Shown here: piece after piece, positions 11,380-23,336 of the stretch
How positions within the stretch are numbered: position 1 is the first letter of the stretch
Layout of the letters: every line of letters starts with the position of its first letter
From: Octopus sinensis
Lineage: Eukaryota
Direction of reading: 5' to 3'
Assembly (NCBI RefSeq): GCF_006345805.1
Contig: NC_043026.1
Location: 806,001 to 870,000, forward strand
DNA length: 64,000 nucleotides
Translations under genes and position numbers: made by a program
Notes under the pieces: model-generated
Databases searched by the model: none
Told to the model about the DNA's origin: nothing
The model's input: the letters and a program-made list of their open reading frames with translations, nothing else

Positions 11380-12165
11380 CCTTTGTGAGCCGCTCTCCGG
11401 CTATCTATCTGCGGCTTTATATAGCTATGGTACGACCTCACCTGGAATTTGCATCACCGGTATGGAACCCCTATCTTGCCCAGGATATTAATCGTCTGGA
11501 AGCCGTTCAGCGATGTGCAACCAAGAGAATACCCTCCATCAGGCATTTGCCATATTCTGAACGCCTTATCTGACTCATACACTGTTCGCTTTCCAGACAT
11601 TTGTACATTACTGTATATACTTTATACGCACTTTCTTACAAGTTGTGGAGCACCTGAGCACTGTATACAATACCCTCCATCAGGCATTTGCCATATTCTG
11701 AATGCCTTACTTCCCTGGGCATGGACACACTGAAACTCCGACGTCTGGCAGCTGACTTGGCAGACACCCATAAAATTATTAACCATCTTACAAACAATAA
11801 CTATGAGCACCTTTTCAAACTCCACCTGTCTAACACCCGTGGACATATTTACAAAGTCAGAAAACAGCACAGCTCCCATGACTTTCGGAAACATTTTTTC
11901 ACGCTGAGAGTTGCTGAAGCATGGAACACACTGCCGGCATTAGTTGTTAGTTGTCGGAGCACTGCATCCTTCAAAACTTCCATGCTTTCTGAGATTTGCC
12001 AACACTACACCTGATTTTCTCCTCCCCTCCATACACACGCAAGCATGTATCTGACTCATACACTGTTCGCTTTCCAGACATTTGTACATTACTGCATATG
12101 CTTTATACGCACTTTCTTACAAGTTGTGGTGCACCTGAGCACCATATACAATAATTTTATTATTA
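11380..12165 (+). mobile_element. CR1-clade LINE 3' fragment, internally rearranged
   Basis: LYIAMVRPHLEFASPVWNPY...LRRLAADL...NTRGH...RKHFFTLRVAEAWNTLP is typical of a CR1/L2-group ORF2 C-terminus; (ATT)n tail. Confidence 0.88.
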
Positions 12166-12493
12166 TTATTATTTTAATAATATTATTATTATTATTTTAA
12201 AATTAAATTAACAAAAGAAAGAAAATAGTGCAGTTGGTATAACTGACTCTTGGTGTTTTCTACAATCAAAGTCTTGAGTTGACCAACACAACATAGAAAG
12301 AAAACTATACTGAAGCCTGTCAAAAGGACTGTATGTGTGTTTGAGCCCTGAACTCCACCTATTCCCTTCACCCAGTTCAATGCCATCATTTCACTTAAAA
12401 CTTGTTTGCAATCATTCAGAGAATTCCTTTAATCTAAGGGCAGATAACTTTATGCTATTTCCAATTGCAGTTACCTATAAGCTTAGTTTTTTG

Positions 12494-13095
12494 AAGGTGG
12501 CGAGCTGGCAAAATCGTTAGTACGCCGGGCGAAATGCTTTGCGGTATTTCGTCTGCCGTTACGTTCTGAGTTCAAATTCCGCCGAGGTTGACTTTGTCTT
12601 TCATCCTTTCGGGGTCAATAAAAAAGTACCAGTTTCGCACAAGGGGTCGACGTAATTGACTTAATCCCTTTGTCTGTCCTTGTTTGTCCCCTCTATGTTT
12701 AGCCCCTTGTGGGTAGTAAAGAAATAGAAATAGGTATTTCGTCTGCCACTACGTTCTGAGATCAAATTCCGCCGAGGTCGACTTTGCCTTTCATATTTTG
12801 GGGTCGATAAATTAAGTACCAGTTACACACTGGGGTCGATGTAATCGACTTAATCCGTTTGTCTGTCCTTGTTTGTCCCCTCTATGTTTAGCCCCTTGTG
12901 GGTAGTAAAGAAATAGGTATTTCGTCTGCCGTTACGTTCTGAGTTCAAATATCGCCGAGGTTGACTTTACCTTTCATCCTTTCGGGGTCGATAAAGTACC
13001 AGTTTTGCACTGGGGTTGATGTAATTGACTTAATCCCTTTGTCTGTCCTTGTTTGTCCCCTCAATGTTTAGCCCCTTGTGGGTAGTAAAGAAATA
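12494..13095 (+). mobile_element. Family C SINE, one head plus three tandem bodies, 17 bp TSD
   Basis: Bodies start near 12544, 12733 and 12916; TATAAGCTTAGTTTTTT at 12476-12492 and 13096-13112. The central GAGGTCGACTTTGCCTTTCATCCTTTCGGGGTCGATAAATTAAGTACC resembles the Meta-type SINE domain as I recall it. Confidence 0.88.
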
Positions 13096-14171
13096 TATAA
13101 GCTTAGTTTTTTCTTTCTTGCTTTCTGTCCCCTTAACCCAGGGGTTGGTTCCCAGTTGTTTCAGCACCACAGACCCTTTTTATCTACATGAATATTCTCA
13201 AAGACCCAGCTCCATGTTTTTGAAACGTCTGTCCACTCGACAAAAATTGGTAAATTGATTCGTGGGGGTCACGCCTCGTTGTTTAGCTGGTTACCTTTGT
13301 ACCACAGGTTAGCTGGACTTGACGATCATGGATCAGCTCAGGCCACACAACGGCAACTATAGCAGTGGACGTACAGGAATAAACTGGACAACAGAGACAG
13401 TCTGGACTGCTGTGCTACACTACACACAATTAACCCCTCACTTCAAGTCAAACAAAGAATGGACAGCGGCGAGAGTACAGGATATCCAGACTACAAGACT
13501 ACATCACAGACAAATTAACAATTGTATGACAGAAATAGACTAGACAACAGAGAGAGAGAGAGAGACAGACAGAGAGTCCAATATGATCTGACTGCAACAT
13601 TATACCACATGCAATTAACCACAGCTTATCAGAATGTGCTATATGAACCCCCAACCAGACAGAGCCGTAGCCTATTTAGATCTATGGATCTGTGGAAAAA
13701 CCTCGTCTTCCAACTGATTATCCGTGTGACATATGTTGTACTTGTTTATGGTCGATATGAGACTACACAGCAGCAACAAAAATAGGTGTACACAAATAGA
13801 CTGACAATTTATTGCTATTGGTCAGAATTTTTGTTTTTGATTCATTTGTTCAAGTGGAAGGAACGGTGTACCTGGCCTTCGTAGATCGTCCACGATCAGT
13901 GACAGTGATTTCATTAAAGGTCAGCTTCTACCACAAGGTCCAGTCTGCTGGTCTTCCATAGACAACCTTGATCAGACTTGTGCCTCGGAGGGAGAGTCTT
14001 TAAGTGCACCCCAAATGACTAGAGCAATGAGACTGACAGGGTCTGAGGGCATGCTCTTCTTAGAAATGTCCAATGCCCATTTTGTTTTTTGTTTTTTTTT
14101 TCTGATTTAGGCACAAAACCAGAAATTCTGAGGGCATTGATAGCATCAACCCCAGTATATACACCCAGATT

Positions 14172-14657
14172 AGGGGTGTATATTCTTTTCTACTCTTTTC
14201 TGCTGTAGGCACTTGACCCAAAATTTTTGGAGATGCGGGGGTGGGCAGTTGATTACATCGATCCCAGTATACAACTAGTACTTCATTTATTAACCCCAAA
14301 AAGATGAAAGGCAAAGTTGACCTTGGCGGGATTAGAACTCAGAATGTAAAGACAGATGAAATACTGCTAAGCAGTTCACCCAGCATGCTAACGTTTCTGC
14401 CAGCTTGCCAGGGGTGTATATTCTTTTATACTCTTTTCTGCTGTAGGCACTTGGCCCGAAATTTTTGGGGAGGGGGGGCAGTTGATTACATCGACCCCAG
14501 TATACAACTGGTACTTAATTTATTAACCCCAAAAAGATGAATGGCAAAGTTGACCTTGGCGGGATTTGAACTCAGAATGTAAAGACAGATGAAATACTGC
14601 TAAGCAGTTCACCCAGCATGCTAATGTTTCTGCCAGCTTGCCAGGGGTGCATATTCT
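14172..14657 (-). mobile_element. Two tandem family C-related SINE copies (period ~238 bp)
   Basis: AGGGGTG(T/C)ATATTCT at 14172, 14410 and 14643 brackets two near-identical units. Confidence 0.87.
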
Positions 14658-14769
14658 GGGTGTGCTAGGTATGTGCTACACACCCATTGAAAATGGCAAA
14701 TTCGTTATAAATATTAATGTTGCTCATTGATTTAGTCACGAATCTTAATGGTAAACTTTTGTTACACTC

Positions 14770-15525
14770 TCACTTGAAATTTGGTGGCATTGGGTGGGGC
14801 AGTATACCCAATCTTCAAAGCCACAGTCAAACCAATTCTACTATATGGCTCAGAATCCTGGACGTTATCAAAGAAGCTTGAGAGGCGGTTGGATGGAACC
14901 TACACTCGCCTCCTTATGAGAGCTCAAAATCTCTCGTGGAAGCGCCATCCAACCAAAATGCAAATATATGGGAAACTACCACCTGTGTCATCTCTTGTGA
15001 AAGGTAGGAGAGTCCAGTTTGCTGGACATTGTTGTAGAGCTGAAAAAGAAGTAATTTCTACTCTTCTCCTCTAGAAGCCATCTACTCGCAATACCAGAGG
15101 GCGCACACTCTCCTACCCGGATCTAATCTCCAGGGATACAGGCATCCAGCAACAGGACCTCCGTAATGCCATGATGGACCGTGAAGTCTGGCGTAGCATG
15201 GTAAATTCCATTGTCTCGACCACGGTCGAACAATGATGATGGTGTTATATATATATATACATACATATCATCTCTTGTGAAAGGTAGAAGAGTCCAGTTT
15301 GCTGGACATTGTTGTAGAGCTGAAAACGAGGTAATTTCTACTCTTCTCCTCTGGAAGCCATCTACTCGCAATACCAGAGGGCGCACACTCTCCTACCCTG
15401 ATGTAATCTCCAGGGATACAGGCATCCAGCAACAGGACCTCCGTAATGCCATGATGGACCGTGAAGTCTGGCGTAGCATGGTAAATTCCATTGTCTCGAC
15501 CACGGTCGAACAATGATGATGATGA
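14770..15525 (+). mobile_element. RTE-clade LINE 3' fragment with a duplicated 3' end
   Basis: IFKATVKPILLYGSESWTLSKKLERRLDGTYTRLLMRAQNLSW...; 14988-15243 is repeated at 15268-15525, each copy ending in (GAT)n. Confidence 0.88.
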
Positions 15526-15569
15526 TACCCCTATACAACAACCACCTTCATACACCACTATATCTGACA

Positions 15570-15910
15570 GGTAACAGAGGCAGACCTCGGTCTCTGTGGA
15601 TGGGTGGAGTGAGGAAAGCTTTAGTCGTTAGAGGCATTGGAGTGAGAGAGAGGCAAGAGAGTTTATAGATGAAAGGAAAGCTTGGAGAGTGTTTGTGGAT
15701 GTTGCTCAAAGGGTTTGGAACCAGCATGATGCGGCGGGGGTAAACCAGCATATGCTGTCGGGCCCCGCTGCTGATATAGGGGATTGCATTCTATGCCTTG
15801 ACCCGAGCATAGGGGCTTGCCTCTTTGAGCTGGGAAATGAATGGAATGCCTGGTTTGTATCTTGTTGTGGCTACCCCCGCCTAAAAAAATGGGGAATAGG
15901 CCTAGGTAAT
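15570..15910 (+). mobile_element. LINE (RTE-like) 3' remnant
   Basis: WMGGVRKALVVRG...WRVFVD-like C-terminal remnant followed by UTR. Confidence 0.5.
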
Positions 15911-15937
15911 TATATATATGTGTGTGTGTGTGTGTGT

Positions 15938-16235
15938 GGAGGCGCAATGGCCCAGTGGTTAGGGCAGCGGACTCGAGGTCGTAGGATCGCAGTTTCGATT
16001 CCCAGACCGGGCGTTGTGAGTGTTTATGGAGCGAAAACACCTAAAAGCTCCACGAGGCTCCGGCAGGGGATGGTGGTGATCCCTGCTGTACTCTTTCACC
16101 ACTCTTTCTTCTGTTGGCCTGCTCGCTTAGCCAGCGGGGTGGCGTCATTCGAAGGCTAAAACAATGCGAACGCATTGTGACCAGCGATGTGTAGCAACAT
16201 CTGATAGCCTGGTCGGTTACGTGATCACGTGATAT
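15938..16235 (+). mobile_element. tRNA-headed SINE (family D)
   Basis: GGAGGCGCAATGGCCCAGTGGTTAGGGCAGCGGACTC...GTTTCGATTCCC head; related copies at 22820 and 39290. Confidence 0.88.
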
Positions 16236-16400
16236 ATATATATGTATAATTGTTTTGAGAAAGAAGATTGATTAGAAATTCTCTCACGATATAGAGGTTC
16301 AGACATAGAAGTGCCCAAGGGAAACTTGAGATAAAAGATATAAATACATAAGGTTAAGAAACAAAAGGTCCAGTAATTCAATCCACAAACATGACTCCAT

Positions 16401-16404
<4 letters not shown>

Positions 16405-16435
<31 letters not shown>

Positions 16436-16780
16436 TGTGTACAGTGCTCAGGTGCACTACAACTCATCTAAAGTGTATGTATAATCAGGTGTAGTTTCGG
16501 TGGATTTCGGAAAGCATGAGGGCCTTAAACGATGCAGTGTCAGGGCAGTCAACAACTGACGCAGGCAGTTTGTTCCATGCTTCAGCAACTCTGAGCGTGA
16601 AAAAATGTTTGCGAAAGTCATGGGAGCGGTGCTGTTTTCTGACTTTGTAGGCATGTCCACGTGTGTTAGACACATGGAGATCAAAAAGGTGTTCAGCGTT
16701 GTTGTTGGTGAGGTGGTTGATAACTTTGTGGGTGTTTACCAAGTCTGTCGCCAGACGCCGGATGGCGTCTGAGATGGACT
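16405..16780 (-). mobile_element. CR1-clade LINE 3' fragment
   Basis: VNTHKVINHLTNNN...NTRGHAYKVRKQ...RVAEAWNKLP; homologous to 11738-12165; (TAA)n tail at 16405-16435. Confidence 0.88.
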
Positions 16781-16979
16781 TTAGAAATGGACTTTAGAGA
16801 TGGACTTAAAGGACAAATGTAGAAGATAGAATAAAAATATAAATACACAGACATTTTTTTATAAATCTCTAAATAAATAAATACATTAAAAATATATAAT
16901 CTATTAATTTTAATAGATTTAAAAAAATCCCCGGATGGAGGCATAATAAAAAAAAAACATTACAAAAAAAAAAAACTTA

Positions 16980-17508
<529 letters not shown>

Positions 17509-17599
17509 AGTATTAGCACATCATATCACATCACAAAGACAGAGAGAAAGAGAGAGAGAAAGAGAGGAAAATGTAAAATTACTCAATCCATTAAAACAA

Positions 17600-17645
17600 T
17601 TCATATGTGTGTGTGTCTGTAAATATATGTATATATATGTATGTG

Positions 17646-17681
<36 letters not shown>

Positions 17682-18025
17682 TGTATGCATGCATGCATGT
17701 ATGTATTTATGTATGTATGTCTGTATGTATGTATATATGCATGCATGTATGTATGTATTATGTATTATGTATGTATGTATGTATGTATGTATATATATTG
17801 CATCAGGAGGGTCATTATGCTAATGATCAAGACACGCATTGGTTTCATTTCACTTCATTATTAAATTCATTAAACCATTATCATTGTCATCATCATCATC
17901 ATTACCATCACCATCATCATAATCATCATCACAATCATCATCATCCTCCTTCTCTTCTTCTTTCCCCTCATCACCATCACCACCACCACAACCACCACCA
18001 CAACCACCACCATCATCACCATCAT
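17600..18025. repeat. (TATG)n followed by (CAT/CAC)n microsatellite
   Basis: Direct inspection. Confidence 0.9.
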
Positions 18026-18200
18026 TTAATGCCTGTTTTTCAAGTCCGAAGACTGTTTCGGCATGGTTTTCTACACTTCTTACAGCTGGATGCCCTTCCT
18101 AACGCCAACCACTTTTTCAAGGTATATTGGGTCCCCCTTTTTTTTTTTCATGTGTCATCATCAACAGTGAACTCACCAAGTAACTTGCAGGACAAGATCC
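18022..18200 (-). mobile_element. Family B, degenerate
   Basis: CAGCTGGATGCCCTTCCTAACGCCAACCAC. Confidence 0.7.
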
Positions 18201-18424
18201 CTGAATTTAGATATTAAACTTACTAACTAATCAATTGGTTCGTTAATCGTTCGGTCAAACAATCAATTAGCTCGGTTTGTCAATCAGAGAGGGCGTGTCC
18301 ATAGATCAGGTTGCAAACAGTGACGAAACGACTTTGACAAAATTAGCTAATTGAATGATTGGCTACACAATTAACACAATTGATTAGTTAATTGGTGAAA
18401 TAGTTAACTTGTTGACGACTCATT

Positions 18425-18562
18425 TTTACTATTTTACTCTTTTACTTTTTTTTCAGTCATTTGACTGTGGCCATGCTGGAGCACCGCCTTTAGTCGAGCA
18501 AATCGACCCCAGGACTTATTCTTTGTAAGCCTGGTACTTATTCTATCGGTCTCTTTTGCCTG
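18425..18562 (-). mobile_element. Family A SINE 3' fragment
   Basis: TTACTCTTTTACT...GGAGCACCGCCTTTAGTCGAGC...GGTCTCTTTTGCC. Confidence 0.85.
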
Positions 18563-18681
18563 AGCAGCATTAATTAAAATGTGATAATTAATTCATTAAT
18601 TAATTGCATGGTTATAATTTTTGAAATAACCTGATAGTGAAATTTTAAAATAACTGGAAACATTGTGCAACAAAATTTTTA

Positions 18682-19052
18682 TTTATTACCTCCACCTTAG
18701 TGAAGGCAGAGGTATTGTTTTCAGTCGTATTTGTTTGGTTGTTTGTCCAAGATATCTCAAGAACCACTGGATGAATTCGGATGAAACTTTCAGTGATGTT
18801 TGGCCTCATGACTGGCACAAACTGATTAGATTTTGGGATTGATCCGGTACCGAACAAAGATTTGGGATCATTTTTCGTTTTTTTTTTTTTACTTAATTTT
18901 GAGAGCTGTCAGGTTCATTTTTAGTATTCTCGTTTGCGAGAGCACTCGTGTTTATTTCAGATATTCTCATTTTAAAAATCATCCCTGGCTAATTGTTGAG
19001 AGGACATTGGTGTTGCCTTGGCAGAGGTTTGTGCTCTCTGAGTGCTCTTGGT
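18682..19052 (+). mobile_element. Helentron-associated non-autonomous element (HINE-like)
   Basis: 5' TACCTCCACCTT with local inverted copy AAGGCAGAGGTA; 3' subTIR CCTTGGCAGAGGT followed by a short hairpin and T-run; no TSD. This matches HINE/DINE-1 architecture. Confidence 0.7.
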
Positions 19053-19079
19053 TTTTTTTCGTCTTTGGTCAGTAAGTGT

Positions 19080-19490
19080 TATTTCCTATTTGCTTCTGTC
19101 TAGAAATCAAAGGAAATGACTTCTATTCTCTTCACACTTTGCTTTTGTGACCTGGACATCAAGGTTTTGAAACTGACCTATTTTTCATTACATTTCAGAC
19201 AGATTCAGTACTGGGTTGCAGAGGCAAAAATATCCTTGTAGCAAATATTCTGCTCAATATTACAGAGTTGCTGGTTATTTTTGGCCAGTAAATGTTATTT
19301 GCCATTTGCTTCTATCTAGAAACCAAAAGAAGTCACTACTACTATTCCCTTCAAACTTTGCTTTTGTGACTTGGACATCAATGTTTTGAAACTAACTTAT
19401 TTTCAGTTTCATTTCAGACAGATTCAGTACTGAGTTGCTGAAGCAGAAATATCATTATAACAAATATTCTGCTCAGTACTACAGATATGC
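19080..19490. repeat. ~216 bp diverged tandem duplication
   Basis: ATTTGCTTCT(G/A)TCTAGAAA at 19088 and 19304, with parallel downstream text. Confidence 0.8.
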
Positions 19491-19613
19491 TTGTCAGTTG
19501 CTTGACCTTAACTACTTGAGCATGTCCCTTGGTATCTGACAATATGTGCATCTCTGATGATGAGCAGGAGTAGTGGGGGAGCATCAGAGCCATGTGTTGA
19601 GAGGGATTTGAAT

Positions 19614-19745
19614 CATCATCATCGTTTAACGTCCGCTTTCCATGCTAGCATGGGTTGAACGGTTTTGACTGAAGGCTGGCAAACCTTCTTAACGCCAACC
19701 ACTCCGAGAGTGTAGTGGGTGCTTTTTACGTGCCACCGGCACAAG
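19614..19745 (-). mobile_element. Family B, internally deleted
   Basis: (CAT)nCGTTTAACGTCCGCTTTCCATGCTAGC. Confidence 0.8.
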
Positions 19746-19954
19746 AAAAATTATATATATATATATATATATTTCTACGTATACATGCACACATGAACAC
19801 ATACACACATGGACTCACACAAACACACAACAGGCTTCTTTCAGTTTCCATCTAGTAAATTTCAACCCTAAGGCATCGGTTGAACTGGCACCACAGTGTT
19901 GGATTGAACACAAAGCGCAGTAGTTTGCAAAACAAACTTCTTAACTAGTAGAAG

Positions 19955-20165
19955 TAGTGGTGGTGGCGGCGGCGGCAGCAATGGTGGTGGTAGTGGTAGT
20001 AGTAGTTGTAGCGGTGGTGGTGGTCGTCGTCATAGTAGTAGTAGTAGTAGTAGTAGTAATAGCAGTAGTAGTAGTTGTTGTAAGAGTTGTAGTAGTTGTG
20101 ATGGCAGTGTTGGTAGTAATGGTAGTGGTGGTGGCGGTTGTGGTGGTGGTGGTGGTGGTGGTGGT
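19955..20165. repeat. (GTA/GGT/GTT)n microsatellite
   Basis: Direct inspection. Confidence 0.9.
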
Positions 20166-20577
20166 GTTTTTTTTTTGTCTCCTTTGTTGTTACTGCTGCA
20201 GTACTTCTACATCAGACAAACGGTGCACATATTTTTCTCACTGCGAATGAAAAAAAAAAAAAACCTGACAGCTGATGATGTCCGGTTGATTGCAGAAACA
20301 CAGACAGACCTATCTGACCTGGATTTGTAAACCAGATATTAGAGTTGAGTCATTGAAAAAAAAAGGAGGGCACTCAAACGTGGTCACTTGATCGGCTAGA
20401 AATAGCAGACATAGAACAGACAAACCTTCCCCAAGTTGAATCCCACTGATTTCTAAGATGATTGCTGACTCCCAGATGTGCATCTTTTTCTCAACCACGA
20501 CACGTAATTTCCTGTTTTTAGTAGATGTGGTGCAAATAATTTTGATAGCCTCCTGTAGTTACCAAACCAAGCTTTGC

Positions 20578-21007
20578 TACTCTCTTTTACTCTCTTTTAC
20601 TTGTTTCAGTCATTTGACTGCGGCCATGCTGGAGCACCGCCTTTAGTCGAGCAAATCGACCCCCGGGACTTATTCCTTGTAAGCCCAGTACTTATTCTAT
20701 CGGTCTCTTTTGCCGAACTGCTAAGTGACGGGGATGTAAACACACCAGCATCAGTTGTCAAGCAATGCTAGGGGGACAATCACAGACACACAAACACATA
20801 CACACACATATATATATATACATATATATATGTATACATATATACGACAGGCTTCTTTCAGTTTCCGTCTGCCAAATCCATTCACAAGGCATTGGTCGGC
20901 CCGGGGCTATAGCAGAAGACACTTGCCCAAGGTGCCACACAGTGGGACTGAACCCGGAACCATGTGGTTGGTTAGCAAGCTACTTACCACACAGCCACTC
21001 CTGCGCC
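20578..21007 (-). mobile_element. Family A SINE, full length
   Basis: Complete reverse-complement match. Confidence 0.93.
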
Positions 21008-21104
21008 AGTGTTAAAATAAGAAACAATCCATCCATCAATCCATCCTCATCCTCAATTCCTGGGAGGGTGATGGAGGTGGCGTCCTCAGGCACTTCCTCT
21101 ATAG

Positions 21105-21537
21105 CAGTGCTTTTCAAACTTTTTACTGGAGTGGAACCCCAAGGAAACATTCCACTGGCTCGAGGAACCCCTGTGCAATAATAGTCTTATGCACACATAT
21201 CTGCACAGGAGAATTAAAAATTACTGCCGATTTTAGCAGTTTTGTAACTTCTTGCGGAACCCTTGGACTATACTGGTGGAACCCTAAGGCGAGCTGGCAG
21301 AAACGTTAGCACGCTGGGCGAAATGCTTAGCGGTATTTTGTCTGCGTTACGTTGTGAGTTCAAATTCCGCCGAGGTTGACTTTGCCTTTCATCCTTTCGG
21401 GGTCGATAAATTAAGTACCAGTTACGCACTGGGGTCGATGTAATCGACTTAATACCTATGTCTGTCCTTGTTTGTCCCCTCTGTGTTTAGCCCCTTGTGG
21501 GTAATAAAGAAATAGGAACCCTGGTTGAAAACCACTG
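21105..21537. mobile_element. hAT (Charlie-like) MITE with 8 bp TSD, containing a nested SINE
   Basis: TIRs CAGTGCTTTTCAA / TTGAAAACCACTG; TSD CTCTATAG at 21097-21104 and 21538-21545. Confidence 0.9.
21287..21515 (+). mobile_element. Family C SINE nested in the hAT MITE
   Basis: AAGGCGAGCTGGCAG head to AAAGAAATAG tail. Confidence 0.9.
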
Positions 21538-21607
21538 CTCTATAGGGTTCTGTCAGAAGCGACCTTTGCAGCTGGATTTCCAAGGGTGACCATCTGTGGG
21601 TGTAGAC

Positions 21608-21690
21608 CAGCGTTTCTCAACCGGGGTTCTCTGGACACCTAGGGTTCCACAAAAGGTTCCTATGGGTTCTATGAGAAAGAGTGAGATAAG
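21608..21690 (+). mobile_element. Second hAT MITE, left end only
   Basis: CAGCGTTTCTCAACCGGGG with GGGTTCC motifs; right end not found. Confidence 0.5.
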
Positions 21691-21789
21691 CTAATGCTAA
21701 TTTCATGATTGTGATATTAGCATACATGCACAACACATTATGGATTATTGTAATATCGTAATATAGACATCATCCTGTCTAACCTATTG

Positions 21790-22545
21790 TGTTATCAAAT
21801 ATGTATGTGTGTGTGTACATATGTGCATGTGTGTATGCATGCATGCATGTATGTACACATGTATGTATGTGTATATGTACTGTATGTATGTATGTATCTG
21901 TGTGTATACATGTGTGTGTATGCATGCATGTATGTATTCATGTATGTGTGTGCATATATACTGTATGTGTGTATGTATATATATGTGTGTGTGTGCATGC
22001 ATGTATATATGTATGTATGTATGTATGCATGTACGTGAGCATGTGTGTCTGCATGCTTGCATATGTGTATGTATGTGTATATGTACTGTATGTGTCTGTG
22101 TATGCATGCATGTATGTATATATTTATGTATATATATATGTATGTATGTATGTACGTATATATGTATGCATGTATGTATGTGTATATGTACTGTATGTGT
22201 CTGTGTATGCATGCATGTATGTATATATTTATGTATATATATATGTATGTATGTATGTATGTACGTATATATGTATGCATGTATGTATGTGTATATGTAC
22301 TGTATGTATGTATGCATGTATGTATGTATGTATGTATGCATGTATGTATGTATGTATGCATGTATGTATTTATGCATGTATGTATGTACGTACGTACGTA
22401 CGTATGTATGTATGTATGTATGTGTGTGTGTATATATAATGTATGTGTATATGTGTTTGTGCATGTGTGTGTATGCATGCATGTATATATGTATGCATGT
22501 ATATATGTGTATATGTACCGTATGTATGTATGAACGTATAGATGG
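21790..22545. repeat. (TATG/TG)n compound microsatellite with ~106 bp internal duplications
   Basis: ATATGTACTGTATG recurs; source of several spurious long ORFs. Confidence 0.92.
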
Positions 22546-22819
22546 ATGGTTTGCTGTACCATATGTATGTGATGCATGCACGTTATAAAACCTCTCCATC
22601 ATATTTTGACATTCTACAAACCATAGCTAAATCTCCCTTAAATCATGCCATACTGCTGCACACAATGCTGTTGCTGTAGAGCGAACGGTCTTCGTCGTCC
22701 CAGAGCTCACAAGATGGGAGAAGTCCGAAACGTGTTCCTTTGCTATTCTTAAGACCCGCAGAAGAGAAAGCAGGTCAACCCCCAACACCGAGAGCATCGA
22801 TGGATGAACGCGCATTCAG

Positions 22820-23043
22820 GCTCAGCAGTTGCGTAGGAAGTCGGGGACAAGAAACAGGAAGAAAGAGTGAGAGAAAGTTGAAGCGAAAGAGTACAACAGG
22901 GGTCGCCACCAACCTCTGCCAGAGCCTCGTGGAGCTTTAGGTGTTTCCGCTCAATAAACACACACAACGCCCGGTCTGGGAATCGAAACAGCGATCCTCC
23001 AATTGCGAGCTCGCTGCCCTAACCACTGGGCCATTGCGCCTCC
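22820..23043 (-). mobile_element. Family D SINE
   Basis: Reverse complement of the 15938 head (CCATTGCGCCTCC). Confidence 0.85.
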
Positions 23044-23336
23044 ACTGCTGCTACTGATGGTGATGATGATGTTAATGATGACAGTGGTGATGGTAAGAAG
23101 GCTGATGATGGTCGGGGGAGGGCTGCAGCATTTAGAAAACATCAACAGTGATTGATGGTGATGGTGATGGTGGTGGCGGTTGTTAGGGAGTTTGAATATT
23201 GGTTAAACCAATAGGATTTAGGATGGTGATGGCGACAGTTTGGGTGTGGACTAATATGTGGTGGTGGTGGTTGTGATGGTACTGGTAGTGGTAGCAGTGC
23301 TGGTGGTTGCGGTAGGGGTCGTTTTTGATTATGTTA

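Noticed and set aside
15938-16015. tRNA gene
   Set aside because: The A/B-box-like head continues into a repeated SINE body and I could not fold a complete cloverleaf. The same applies to the family A, C and E heads.
20272-20310. CTGATGA...GAAAC hammerhead candidate
   Set aside because: Only 2-3 bp of stem II, with no stem III or NUH site and no stem I partner.
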